A stretch of DNA of 64,000 nt. Source: a bacterium. GTDB taxonomy: Bacteria > Bdellovibrionota_B > Oligoflexia > Oligoflexales > RGVZ01. The notes below the pieces were generated by a model. That model searched no databases. It saw nothing but the letters and a program-made list of their open reading frames with translations, and was not told where the DNA came from. Shown piece by piece: positions 25,047 to 34,142 of the stretch. A program made the translations under genes and the position numbers. The stretch's first letter is position 1, and every line of letters starts with the position of its first letter. The stretch spans positions 2,386 through 66,385 of the forward strand of contig JAYVPO010000110.1 in NCBI GenBank assembly GCA_043757325.1, read 5' to 3'.

Positions 25047-27023
25047 TTAATTTACAATTAAAGAAGCTCCAAATTTCGAGGTCGCATTTTTTTCGGTCAG
25101 TAAAACAGTTCCTGACAGCAATTTTCGATGCCTATCTTGAACAACTTCTGCTTCGGAATTAAAATTTTTAAGAGGCCCTACATTTAAAAAAGCTGATCTT
25201 CCCGGTGCGATTTTCTTCTCTATTTCCGCGGCTATATGCGCAAAAGTATAGCGAACATTTAAGTCGATCATTGGAATAACACCAAGATCACCTTTTGCGG
25301 TTTCGTATACAAAGCCGTCTACTCCAAAAGGGCCAGAATACCCAAGCGAACCCAAATAATTTGCCGTATCGTTAAAAATCCTAGTTGACAATATAGCCAC
25401 TTTTTCATGCCAAAACCTTGTGACTTTTTCATTGAGATCCGCAAATTTTTTGCCTAAATAGTGGCCATAATACTGGCCTTGAAAAGTTGTTTTAAAACGC
25501 GCAACATAGCCCTTTTGTACAATTGCTAAATTATTTTGCGAAACAAAACCACTGTGCGAGAAATCAATTATCACTTTATACAGCGGTTCGACAATAAGGC
25601 GCCGGTGTTTTTTAAATTGATTTTCAATCCAGTTTTTTTGATTTTTCGAAATTTGCAATTTCCTATCTTCAGAGAAAAATAACCGAATATTTCCACGACC
25701 GCTGGCACCATGCATCGATTTTAGAATAATTCCAGAGTGATCTTGTAGTTTACTCGCAAATCTTACGATCTCCTCTTCCGAGGAAACTGATTCGGCACAA
25801 TAAAAAATATTATTTACTTCGCAAAAGACTTTTGCCAGCTGCAAGACAATTACCTTTTCGTATATCTCTGTATTCTCTAACTGTGAAATTTTTTCTTTGA
25901 CGTACGGCGTAAATGTTTTAGTCAAAAAAGGTGAGTGTCCCCAGGGAATGACTTTTGCATAATTTTCTAGCTGCTCAAACTCAACAAACTTCGGCAAAAC
26001 AAAACCTAGTTTTCCCAATTTTTCGGAGTGCTCTTTTGTCGGCTTTGCGCCTAAAAAATAATCCTCCGGCTTTGCGAGTAAAGCAAACAAAATGCCAACA
26101 TCTTTTGTGAATCGCTCCACAACTTTAGCTACACATATATCTTTATCCGCTCGTTCCATTTCACACTGCGGATTAAAAATAAAAAGTCTTTTAGTATCTC
26201 CGCTTTTAGTATCTCCGCTTTTTTTATCTCCGTTTCTGTCTTCTCCAAATTTATCGATGTTTTCGATAAAATCTTGCGGCAAACCAGCCTTTAATCGGGG
26301 CTCTGCTTGCACTCGCATTCCTTTTCCCCTGGCTGGACTTAATGGCAATATCAAAGCTTCAGCGTAGGCTTGCCAAAGGGATTTTTCGGGATCCTGCCAT
26401 TTTTTAAACCACTGGACTCCATGAGCCACATGCCCAATTTCATCAGTCAAAACAGTATTCATAATTTCCGCAGTCTCAAAATCTCGGACTTCGGTAAATT
26501 TTTCTAAATAAAAACAGGAATAATCTAAATTGGCCTGCTCAAAAGTTAAAGACATCCGAGCCGTAAAATCAAACGGTGAAGTTATGTTTTTTGCCAATTC
26601 CCAAAAATGACCGTTTACAGAAATCTCCCCAAATTCAAGGCCAAGCGCCCTCATTCGGTGCAAATATAACCGCATATGAGACTGCTCTTCCAGCATAATT
26701 CGGCTTAGTCCTAAACGAAACTTTAAGGGTGCCTCGGGGAATTTCAAAAGACATACCGCCATCAATTCCAACGCCAATAGCTCGTGATTGGCAAAGAAAT
26801 GCAAAGCCTCGGCGCGGGCTTTTTCGCTTTCAAAATTTCCGGGAAATCGCGTTTGAGACTTACGATTTGAGAATTTCAAACAGTTCGGCCTTGCAGGTAA
26901 AAAATCTTCTGGAAAATCAAAAGTTATTTTTGGCAGATTATCCGAAAAGAATTTACTTCCGGTTAATTTTATTTCCAGATCGGACTCAAACAAAATATTT
27001 CGCGCAAACTGGTTTAATTCCAT
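25047..27023 (-). CDS. two-domain protein: N-terminal DUF455 (ferritin-like di-iron fold) fused to a C-terminal ATP-grasp-like domain
   Basis: 658 aa. The N-terminal ~260 aa (..HFFANHELLALELMA..EEQSHMRLY..DEIGHV..) resembles DUF455/MiaE-like. The linker is GDKKSGDTKSGDTK. The C-terminal part has ILKSMHGASGRGNI, LIVEPL and GVDGF...IDLNVRYT, arranged as in ATP-grasp enzymes. Confidence 0.55.
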   Translation of the reverse strand: MELNQFARNILFESDLEIKLTGSKFFSDNLPKITFDFPEDFLPARPNCLKFSNRKSQTRFPGNFESEKARAEALHFFANHELLALELMAVCLLKFPEAPLKFRLGLSRIMLEEQSHMRLYLHRMRALGLEFGEISVNGHFWELAKNITSPFDFTARMSLTFEQANLDYSCFYLEKFTEVRDFETAEIMNTVLTDEIGHVAHGVQWFKKWQDPEKSLWQAYAEALILPLSPARGKGMRVQAEPRLKAGLPQDFIENIDKFGEDRNGDKKSGDTKSGDTKRLFIFNPQCEMERADKDICVAKVVERFTKDVGILFALLAKPEDYFLGAKPTKEHSEKLGKLGFVLPKFVEFEQLENYAKVIPWGHSPFLTKTFTPYVKEKISQLENTEIYEKVIVLQLAKVFCEVNNIFYCAESVSSEEEIVRFASKLQDHSGIILKSMHGASGRGNIRLFFSEDRKLQISKNQKNWIENQFKKHRRLIVEPLYKVIIDFSHSGFVSQNNLAIVQKGYVARFKTTFQGQYYGHYLGKKFADLNEKVTRFWHEKVAILSTRIFNDTANYLGSLGYSGPFGVDGFVYETAKGDLGVIPMIDLNVRYTFAHIAAEIEKKIAPGRSAFLNVGPLKNFNSEAEVVQDRHRKLLSGTVLLTEKNATSKFGASLIVN

Positions 27024-27110
27024 AGTTTTTTCATATTATTTATTTACTGGCCAAATTTTGCGAAGAAATAGTTAGCACGTTTTCCAGAAATCCTACCGAT
27101 CAATAACAAA

Positions 27111-29012
27111 ATGAATTCTAACTTTGCCAAATTAGCTAAAACCATCCGAGACTTCCAACTTCATCCCAAAGTGGTTTCGAGTCTGATTGGTCTTGCTCCT
27201 CTTTCTGCCTTTGTCATAATTATTTTTCAAGTTTATAGCAATGCCAATGTGGATTTTATCCAATCTTCTGCACAAGTCAAAGTATTAGGACCGCTGCAAC
27301 CAGAAACCGTCTCTTCAAATGATTTATCTTATCGCTTGGATTTCTCATACGAAAACTTAAAAAATCTTCGCAGTCCTTTGCTGTACCTACCGGGAATCAA
27401 AGCAGATCATGTAAAAATCGAAGTTAACGGTAATACTGTGATTGATTCTGCTGGCAATCTTCCCTATTTTGTAAGCCTTGTTCCGCTGCAAAATAACACC
27501 GTTAGTATCCTGGCGCGAATCAAATCCGGTCAAAAGTTTCAAGGAGCCATAAATCAGGACCTGCTATTAGGCGAAACATCAGAAATTTACAAAACCCATC
27601 ACCGTCTTGCTCAAAAAAGCTTTCCACGCCACGCGACTATTATTTTTCTTCTGGCGACCGCAGCGATTACATTCGCCTTTTTTCTTTTTCTCGACAAGAA
27701 GCAAGAATTATTTGCTTTGGGTGTTGCGTTGAGTCTACTTGGCTGTGCCGAAGCGATCCGAGTCGGCCTGATGCCTGGTCTATCTACAAGACATTATTTC
27801 GTGCTTTTTTGTGCGCATATTGCAGCACTCACCTGGTACGCATTCGCAATGGCTAAACGCTCATTACCAAAATTTGTGTTTTTCTTAATTTTTTTACTTA
27901 TGCTTGCTATGTATTTTTTATCATTTGTTTTTGAAGGTTCTGTAGGTGCAAACTTTCGTTATGCAATTCTACAAATTCTAAACTATTTACCTTTAATCAG
28001 TAGCGCCGTAATCGTTCAGTATTTGCGTCAAGAAAGGTCTAAAGAAGTCGACGGCCGCAAATTTATTATTCTCGCTGTGATAGCTTTGATTGTTTATTCC
28101 ATATACTTAGGTGTTGAAGATTTCGAAAAAATTGGACCCTTTAAAATTCACGACTACAATCAAATTCCAGTGCTTTTTTGTGCGATGATCTGGATGATTG
28201 CAGCGATTGCTTCGCTTGGTTCCTTAGAAAAAAGAGTTCAAATTGCGGTCATAGATAGAGAAAAAAGATTGCAACTAGAACAGGAGCTCGCACTTGCCAA
28301 AGAAGTTCAAGAAAATTTTATTAAAATCGGCGTTCAAAGATCAGATTATTATGATGTGCGAACAATTTACAAAGCCGCAAAAACCGTCGGAGGAGATTGG
28401 ATCGCCTGGCGCGAATTAGGCTACGGTTATAGCTTAGGAGTTATTGGAGATATTGTTGGAAAGGGAATCCAAGCGGGTCTTGTTGTTTCAGCATGTGATG
28501 CGGCACTACAAAATTTTGTCCGTCAAACTGAAGCCAATATTTTAAATTTAAAACCTGAATATATTTTAAAACAGGCTGTTAAGACCATCTACCAGGCGGT
28601 GATTGAAAATCGCAGCCATCGGGCCATGACAGCTGTAATGATCTTAGCGCATAAAGATGCGCAACTTCATATCGTTACGCTGGGGCACCCACCTATTTTA
28701 TGTTTTTCCCCAGCTGAATCTCGTGTTGTGATGACTTCCAATAGGTGGCTTGCAAATGGATTTGATTTTGCAAAATTAAAAATCGCAAGTGTCGAAACCC
28801 ATTCCGACGAAGTGCTGGTGGCTTATACTGACGGTGTTTGTGACGGTTCAAAGCAACTAAAACAATTCAAAAGAAAGCTTGAACTGCTTTCGGGGAAACC
28901 ACTGGAAGAATATGAGAATTTTTTTGCAGATTTAATTCCTGAACATGACGATCAGTCGGTATTTCTTATTCGCTATCGAGGCAATCGGAGAACTTTGCAA
29001 AGGCCTGCCTGA
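27111..29012 (+). CDS. membrane sensor with C-terminal PP2C/SpoIIE-type phosphatase domain
   Basis: 633 aa: a periplasmic N-terminal part, about 7 TM helices (aa ~170-370), a coiled coil, then the SpoIIE pattern GGDWIAW...GDIVGKGIQAGLV...AYTDGV. Confidence 0.7.
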   Translation: MNSNFAKLAKTIRDFQLHPKVVSSLIGLAPLSAFVIIIFQVYSNANVDFIQSSAQVKVLGPLQPETVSSNDLSYRLDFSYENLKNLRSPLLYLPGIKADHVKIEVNGNTVIDSAGNLPYFVSLVPLQNNTVSILARIKSGQKFQGAINQDLLLGETSEIYKTHHRLAQKSFPRHATIIFLLATAAITFAFFLFLDKKQELFALGVALSLLGCAEAIRVGLMPGLSTRHYFVLFCAHIAALTWYAFAMAKRSLPKFVFFLIFLLMLAMYFLSFVFEGSVGANFRYAILQILNYLPLISSAVIVQYLRQERSKEVDGRKFIILAVIALIVYSIYLGVEDFEKIGPFKIHDYNQIPVLFCAMIWMIAAIASLGSLEKRVQIAVIDREKRLQLEQELALAKEVQENFIKIGVQRSDYYDVRTIYKAAKTVGGDWIAWRELGYGYSLGVIGDIVGKGIQAGLVVSACDAALQNFVRQTEANILNLKPEYILKQAVKTIYQAVIENRSHRAMTAVMILAHKDAQLHIVTLGHPPILCFSPAESRVVMTSNRWLANGFDFAKLKIASVETHSDEVLVAYTDGVCDGSKQLKQFKRKLELLSGKPLEEYENFFADLIPEHDDQSVFLIRYRGNRRTLQRPA

Positions 29013-29056
29013 AAAGTTAGGTCGATTAAACCAATCCATGCGATAATTTAGAAAAA

Positions 29057-29228
29057 TAGTCGCTGGCGCGAAAGGATAAAAATGACTGCGTTGACTTCAA
29101 AAAACCCTCCTCGCCGTGCGAATAGCTGCGCATAGCACTGTCTTCGTTGGGTTTTTCTCGTCGCCTTGTCCTTTTTCCATTTGGCGCCATCTCAGTTAGT
29201 TAGTTACGCGCCAACTACAAAATAAGGA
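29057..29228. repeat. ~175-bp imperfect palindrome, element D, copy 2 of 2
   Basis: Homologous to 22981-23155. Internal pairing includes 29064-29070 with 29207-29213 and 29100-29107 with 29149-29156. Confidence 0.8.
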
Positions 29229-29237
29229 TTTTTTATC

Positions 29238-30539
29238 TTGTCCAAACTCATTTTTTTAGCCTGCTTTTTTTGTTCTTGTTCTCCGCCTAAGAGTGCAAAC
29301 GACCCAGACGGGAACACCCCTGGACCCAAGTCAGGAGGTTCCTCGCAAAACAATTCCAAACAAAGTCCTCCTTTTCATCAGCAAAAAAGCTCGAGTTGTG
29401 CCCGAACTGGGGCCCAATTAACAGGAACTAAACTCAAAAACGATTCGCTTAGTTTAGATGACAGTGTTGCGGTTGATTTTTTTTCCGGGGATGAGTTATT
29501 ATCCCAGTTAAAAGCCGTAACGGTTGAAGTTCAAATCAAGAAGAAATCAGGCAAATCAGCATCCTGCACCGGCATTGTCAGTTTTATTGTTTACCAAGTC
29601 TGGATTCCCAGAGGAAACTCAGGTTCAAAATCGAATATTATTTTTCCAAAAATAGAAACTGCTGCGCACTGTATCGCAACAGATAATGATACGGAATTGG
29701 AAAGTATAGGATTTGTCTTGTCATCCGACACGGCAAAAAAAGCCGCCTATACGGTTCAAGTAAAAGCTCCTCAGATAAGTTTTTTGCAAGACGGAGTAAA
29801 TACTATTTGGCAATTTGACCAAAGCAAAATCGGCCTTGGGAGGCCTCGGGTAGGTTGCGCCCAAGAAAAAGGGGCTTGTTTTTCGGCGTTTCAAGATCGG
29901 GTGGAATTTATCACCACAGCCGAAAATAGTTTTAAGACCGAGATCTATTCTCCTGCTCTCAATGGTGTCAAAAGCCATGGTGTTCCGATTGTGGAAGCAA
30001 GCGCAAAACTCGCTCCGTACTTTGAAAAGGACGCTTTTGAATTTCTGCCGGAAGAAAGTCAGAGCCTGAATTATAAATTCATTTTAAAGTCAGCGATCAA
30101 TCACGCTTTTTCTTCGTCCACAAGTGATCAGCATTTTCTCTTACGCGATCCGATTAAATCCAAAGAAGAGTTTGTGAAGAAATTCGACGAGCAGGTCGAG
30201 CAGATAATTGTTGTACGGCCGGTACACGGAAAAGATGAACTGCCCTTCTTTGAAAGAGATAAACCTGCCTCCGGATGGAGCGAACTATTTAGTTTTAATT
30301 TGGAAGAACATGCAACAGGGGTGTTATTCGATTCGTTGGTATTAAAAGAAAATGCGCCTAGACTTGGATCAGGAGATAGCGGTTCAAAACTTGTAGCGCG
30401 CTACAAATCCGTTCATGTAGATTCCGGGGTTTTATTTAAGGCGGAATACGGAGTTGAGACCATTGGAACGCTGTCCTATGTTGACCAAAAGCCCGTGTGC
30501 TCTGGCGATGATTTGCTCTGCTGCGAAAGGAGCGAATGA
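29238..30539 (+). CDS. lipoprotein with divergent trypsin-like (S1/PA clan) motifs
   Basis: TTG start after AAGGA. The N-terminus is MSKLIFLACFFCSC. ETAAHC (His ~144) and GSGDSGS (Ser ~381) match chymotrypsin-family catalytic motifs, but with unusually wide spacing. Confidence 0.5.
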   Translation: MSKLIFLACFFCSCSPPKSANDPDGNTPGPKSGGSSQNNSKQSPPFHQQKSSSCARTGAQLTGTKLKNDSLSLDDSVAVDFFSGDELLSQLKAVTVEVQIKKKSGKSASCTGIVSFIVYQVWIPRGNSGSKSNIIFPKIETAAHCIATDNDTELESIGFVLSSDTAKKAAYTVQVKAPQISFLQDGVNTIWQFDQSKIGLGRPRVGCAQEKGACFSAFQDRVEFITTAENSFKTEIYSPALNGVKSHGVPIVEASAKLAPYFEKDAFEFLPEESQSLNYKFILKSAINHAFSSSTSDQHFLLRDPIKSKEEFVKKFDEQVEQIIVVRPVHGKDELPFFERDKPASGWSELFSFNLEEHATGVLFDSLVLKENAPRLGSGDSGSKLVARYKSVHVDSGVLFKAEYGVETIGTLSYVDQKPVCSGDDLLCCERSE

Positions 30540-31393
30540 TGTTTTTAAAAACTCTTCTTTTGTTACTTTTTTGTACTGGTTGCAAATATATAAATCGAGA
30601 TAACAAAACCAAAGACGACGATTCCGTTGCACCCGAATCGGCTCTTATCGAGCTATTTAAACGCTCACTTCCGCAGGCAGGACTTGGTCTTGTTGTGCCG
30701 GCAAGCACACTTTCGTTGGTCAACGAAAAGGACACACCAATTACTTCCGAGTCAATAAAGACTTTAACCACTGGAACGGTAAAATGGAATGCCAATTTGC
30801 GAGCACAATTTGTGGCTGCAGGATTAACGAATGCGCTTTTACAAGAATCCATGAAAGATTATTTTTCGTCGGTTTCCGACCTGGTTTTTTATAACAAAGG
30901 TGGCAAATTTTTCGAAGATTCTGCCGACAAGCAAGTTGTCGATTACGAAAAAGCCTTTAGCCAGTCGGTGAATCCTGGGGTGACTGAAACATCTGCTTTT
31001 TATTTGATTCCAACGATTCGATTTGTCGAGCAAGATAAAATTTGTTTTCATTTTGTTTTTGAACGGTCCTCACCAAAAGCTATTCAAGTAAAAGAAATGA
31101 AAAAAGGCTCACCGATGGATGATGGCACAACCAAACATGTTGAGTTTGATGATTATTTGTTTTCAAATCCGCTACCAGATCGAAATATTGTTACGGTTCC
31201 TGTTGCTGTCACTTACTTTAAAACAACTTCGGCTAGTTTAAAGTATGAATTAAAAATGACACCAACCGGCAAACTTTTAAGCTATTTTAGTGCGCCAAAT
31301 ATATTTCCCGAGTGTGACAGTGGCTCTTGCCTTGTGGCAGTAGAAGGAAACGCAACTGCAGGTGGAACGTGTCAAAAGTTTTACCTTCCTTGA
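30536..31393 (+). CDS. hypothetical lipoprotein
   Basis: ATGATG overlaps the stop of the upstream gene. The signal is MMFLKTLLLLLFCTGC (lipobox-like). No family recognised. Confidence 0.5.
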   Translation: MMFLKTLLLLLFCTGCKYINRDNKTKDDDSVAPESALIELFKRSLPQAGLGLVVPASTLSLVNEKDTPITSESIKTLTTGTVKWNANLRAQFVAAGLTNALLQESMKDYFSSVSDLVFYNKGGKFFEDSADKQVVDYEKAFSQSVNPGVTETSAFYLIPTIRFVEQDKICFHFVFERSSPKAIQVKEMKKGSPMDDGTTKHVEFDDYLFSNPLPDRNIVTVPVAVTYFKTTSASLKYELKMTPTGKLLSYFSAPNIFPECDSGSCLVAVEGNATAGGTCQKFYLP

Positions 31394-31449
31394 ACGGTAA
31401 TCGCTGTTTTCTTGACCAAACTGCCAGTCTACCGTATACTTAGCCAAAT

Positions 31450-32646
31450 ATGTGGATTGAAAGAGATTTATATCGAAGATTTACCGATTCTGCTGCACAG
31501 CCGATCAAGATTTTAATCGGCATGCGGCAAACCGGGAAGTCCGCATTTCTAGAAAAACTTAAAACATCTAGTCGACTTGTTGTCACTTTCGACGATTTAG
31601 GCGCTCGAACAAGCGCCATGAATAACCCGAAACAATTTTTGAAACAACTAGGTGCCGAGTTTGTTATTGATGAAGCTCATTATGTACCTGAAATTTTTTC
31701 ACAATTAAAAATCGCGGTCGATCAGTGGAAAACTTTAAGATTAAATAATAAAAATTCCCCACAGCCATCCTACTGGTTAACGGGGTCAAACCGTGTCCTA
31801 CTCGACAAAAACGTTGCTGAAACCCTTACGGGCCGAGCTCAGTATTTTAAACTACACACGTTGAGTATTTCAGAAATATTTCGCAAATTGCCGGATACAA
31901 ACTTTGCAGATTTTTTAATCCGAGGCGGGTGGCCCGAGTTATATGTCAATCGTGAACTGTCTCCGGTTACTTATTTGAACGACTATATTCAAACATCTTT
32001 AGAAAAAGATATCGCTGCAATTGGCATTGAAAAAGTTTTTGAATTTACCAAACTACTTCGTTTTGTAGCTGCAAGAGTTGGAAGAATATTCGACGCCACG
32101 GAAGTTTCTCGAGACGCTTCGGTAAAAGTCCAAACTGTTCAGAGTTGGCTACAATTTGCTGCAAGGATGATGATTTTACACCGCGTCGAGGCCTACACTA
32201 GCAATCTGACAACGCGGCTTATCAAATCTCCAAAATATTATTTTTTAGACACAGGTCTAGCAGTTCGGCTCCAAGGATGGTCGCAGGTTGAGCCTTTGCT
32301 CATCAGCCCTTCGGTAGGATTTTTGTTTGAAAATTTGGTGCTGTCAGAAATTGTGAAACTCAAAGATTATTTTTTATCAGAGATAGAAATTTTTCATTGG
32401 CGCACTAAAGATGGCGAAGAGGTCGATTTTATCTTAACTTGCAACGGCAAAATTTTGGCGGTCGAAGCTAAACTAAGTCACTCCGAAGCGGAAACAACCA
32501 AACTTCCCAAAGAAATAAAAAAAATTCCAAATTTAGAAGCAATGGTAGTAAGTTATTTAGGGCCCGAATCATTTCACAAATCTCAACTTCCGCATGTTTC
32601 TATTTTTGAATTGCGCGAAAAACTTCAACGCTATTTTGCAGCATAG
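31450..32646 (+). CDS. AAA-family ATPase with DUF4143 C-terminal domain
   Basis: 398 aa with Walker A GMRQTGKS and Walker B VIDEA. The C-terminal ..GEEVDFIL...AVEAKLS.. resembles a PD-(D/E)xK nuclease motif. Confidence 0.75.
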   Translation: MWIERDLYRRFTDSAAQPIKILIGMRQTGKSAFLEKLKTSSRLVVTFDDLGARTSAMNNPKQFLKQLGAEFVIDEAHYVPEIFSQLKIAVDQWKTLRLNNKNSPQPSYWLTGSNRVLLDKNVAETLTGRAQYFKLHTLSISEIFRKLPDTNFADFLIRGGWPELYVNRELSPVTYLNDYIQTSLEKDIAAIGIEKVFEFTKLLRFVAARVGRIFDATEVSRDASVKVQTVQSWLQFAARMMILHRVEAYTSNLTTRLIKSPKYYFLDTGLAVRLQGWSQVEPLLISPSVGFLFENLVLSEIVKLKDYFLSEIEIFHWRTKDGEEVDFILTCNGKILAVEAKLSHSEAETTKLPKEIKKIPNLEAMVVSYLGPESFHKSQLPHVSIFELREKLQRYFAA

Positions 32647-32704
32647 CTAAAAACAATATGGTATCAAAATTCAACAGATGTTATTTTACTGCGCTTTAAT
32701 AACT

Positions 32705-33778
32705 TTAAAATAGCGCGATCATTCCTGATCCCAAACATGTTTCGTTTAAGTAAAAAATACAATACTGACCATCGGCTAGACCGGCATCAGGCTTGAGAAT
32801 TTCTACTTCAAGTTCACTGGACGAATGGTATGTAATAGTTGCTTCGATCAAATTTTTCCCGTGCCGAACCTTGACAGTTAAATTTTTGGATTCTTTAAAT
32901 TCGTTTATCCAGTGACAAGACGTGACTTTAAAAGTTGTCTGCGAAAACTGCGGTAAATCTTTTTCGTGTGCAACAAAAATTTTGTTAGTTTTGACGTCTT
33001 TTTTAACCACAAACCATGGTCCACCGTGGAGTTTAAGCCCTTTTCTTTGACCTGACGTGTGAAACCAAAAGCCGCGATGAAATCCAAGTTTTTTCTGCGA
33101 AACGATATCGATAATGTCGCCTTTTTTTTCGCCCAGATAATGACCAACGAAATCGCTGTATTTAATTTTCCCCAAAAAACATATTCCCTGACTATCTTTT
33201 CTGGAAGCATTAGGCAATTTCCATTCTTCGGCCATGGCTCTAACCTCTGCTTTCAAATAACTTCCAAGCGGAAAAAGACACCGCCGCAACTGGGCTCCAG
33301 AAATATGGCCAAGGAAATAGGTTTGATCTTTTACTTCGTCAGCAGCACGTTTTAACTCTGAAATGACTTCTCTGTGTTCTACAACTGCGTAGTGTCCCGT
33401 GGCGATAAAATCAAAATTTTTACCCACAGCTTCATAGAACGCGCCAAATTTAATTCGTTCGTTACAAAAAATATCAGGACTTGGGGTGCGGCCTTCTTTT
33501 AATTCTTGAATCGTGTAATCGACAACGCGGTCGTAATATTCTTTCTGCAAAGACACGACTTCTAAAGGCACTTCAAACTGTTCGCACACAGCCCTGGCAT
33601 ACTGTAAGTCTTCCTCCCAAGGACAAGTTCCCAAAAATTGGGTTTCGTCTTCTAGCCAAATTTTTAAATAAAAAGCGGTAAGATTGTACTGGCAAGTTTT
33701 TTTTAAAAGCGCCAAAACAACTGAACTGTCGACTCCACCAGAAATTAAAACAGCGACTCTTTTATTTTGGGATGTCAT
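32705..33778 (-). CDS. mnmA: tRNA 2-thiouridine(34) synthase
   Basis: 357 aa with the PP-loop VLISGGVDSSV and ..ATGHYA.., ..KDQTYFL.., ..DSQGICF... Confidence 0.9.
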   Translation of the reverse strand: MTSQNKRVAVLISGGVDSSVVLALLKKTCQYNLTAFYLKIWLEDETQFLGTCPWEEDLQYARAVCEQFEVPLEVVSLQKEYYDRVVDYTIQELKEGRTPSPDIFCNERIKFGAFYEAVGKNFDFIATGHYAVVEHREVISELKRAADEVKDQTYFLGHISGAQLRRCLFPLGSYLKAEVRAMAEEWKLPNASRKDSQGICFLGKIKYSDFVGHYLGEKKGDIIDIVSQKKLGFHRGFWFHTSGQRKGLKLHGGPWFVVKKDVKTNKIFVAHEKDLPQFSQTTFKVTSCHWINEFKESKNLTVKVRHGKNLIEATITYHSSSELEVEILKPDAGLADGQYCIFYLNETCLGSGMIALF

Positions 33779-34142
33779 GACTTTCTACAACTCGCAGGCT
33801 TTCTAAGTGTGAGCCCATACGATATTGAAAAGCTTTAAAAAGAACAAGTCTTCCGGTGGATTTACCACGTAAAAGTTCTGGAAACGTTTTAGTGTCTTTA
33901 AAAGGAACTTTGCAACCGCCCAAAAACACTGATGATTTCCGTTCGTCATCCAATTCATACGCAAAGTCAAAATCAAAAACCACTTGCGGAAATTGCTCCA
34001 TCAAGGCGTCAACTATGATTTTTAAAGGAGTAACTTTAATCGGGAAAAGATAGGCACCGCTGTCGTGAAGAACTGAAATTTTATCGTCCACAACTGAGGT
34101 AATAATTAGGTATGCCGAGTCTTTTTTGAAATATGTTTTCAT
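33762..34142 (-). CDS. hypothetical protein (126 aa), translationally coupled to the MglA-like gene
   Basis: Its ATG overlaps the stop of the upstream GTPase gene (ATGA). Its own 3' end overlaps the mnmA start by 17 nt. No family recognised. Confidence 0.4.
   Translation of the reverse strand: MKTYFKKDSAYLIITSVVDDKISVLHDSGAYLFPIKVTPLKIIVDALMEQFPQVVFDFDFAYELDDERKSSVFLGGCKVPFKDTKTFPELLRGKSTGRLVLFKAFQYRMGSHLESLRVVESHDIPK

Noticed and set aside
25045-25063. ctttaatt-tac-aattaaag hairpin between the convergent genes ending at 25038 and 25047.
   Set aside because: It is an 8-bp all-AT/one-GC stem with a 3-nt loop, overlaps a stop codon and lacks a flanking U-tract. It is too weak to call a bidirectional terminator.
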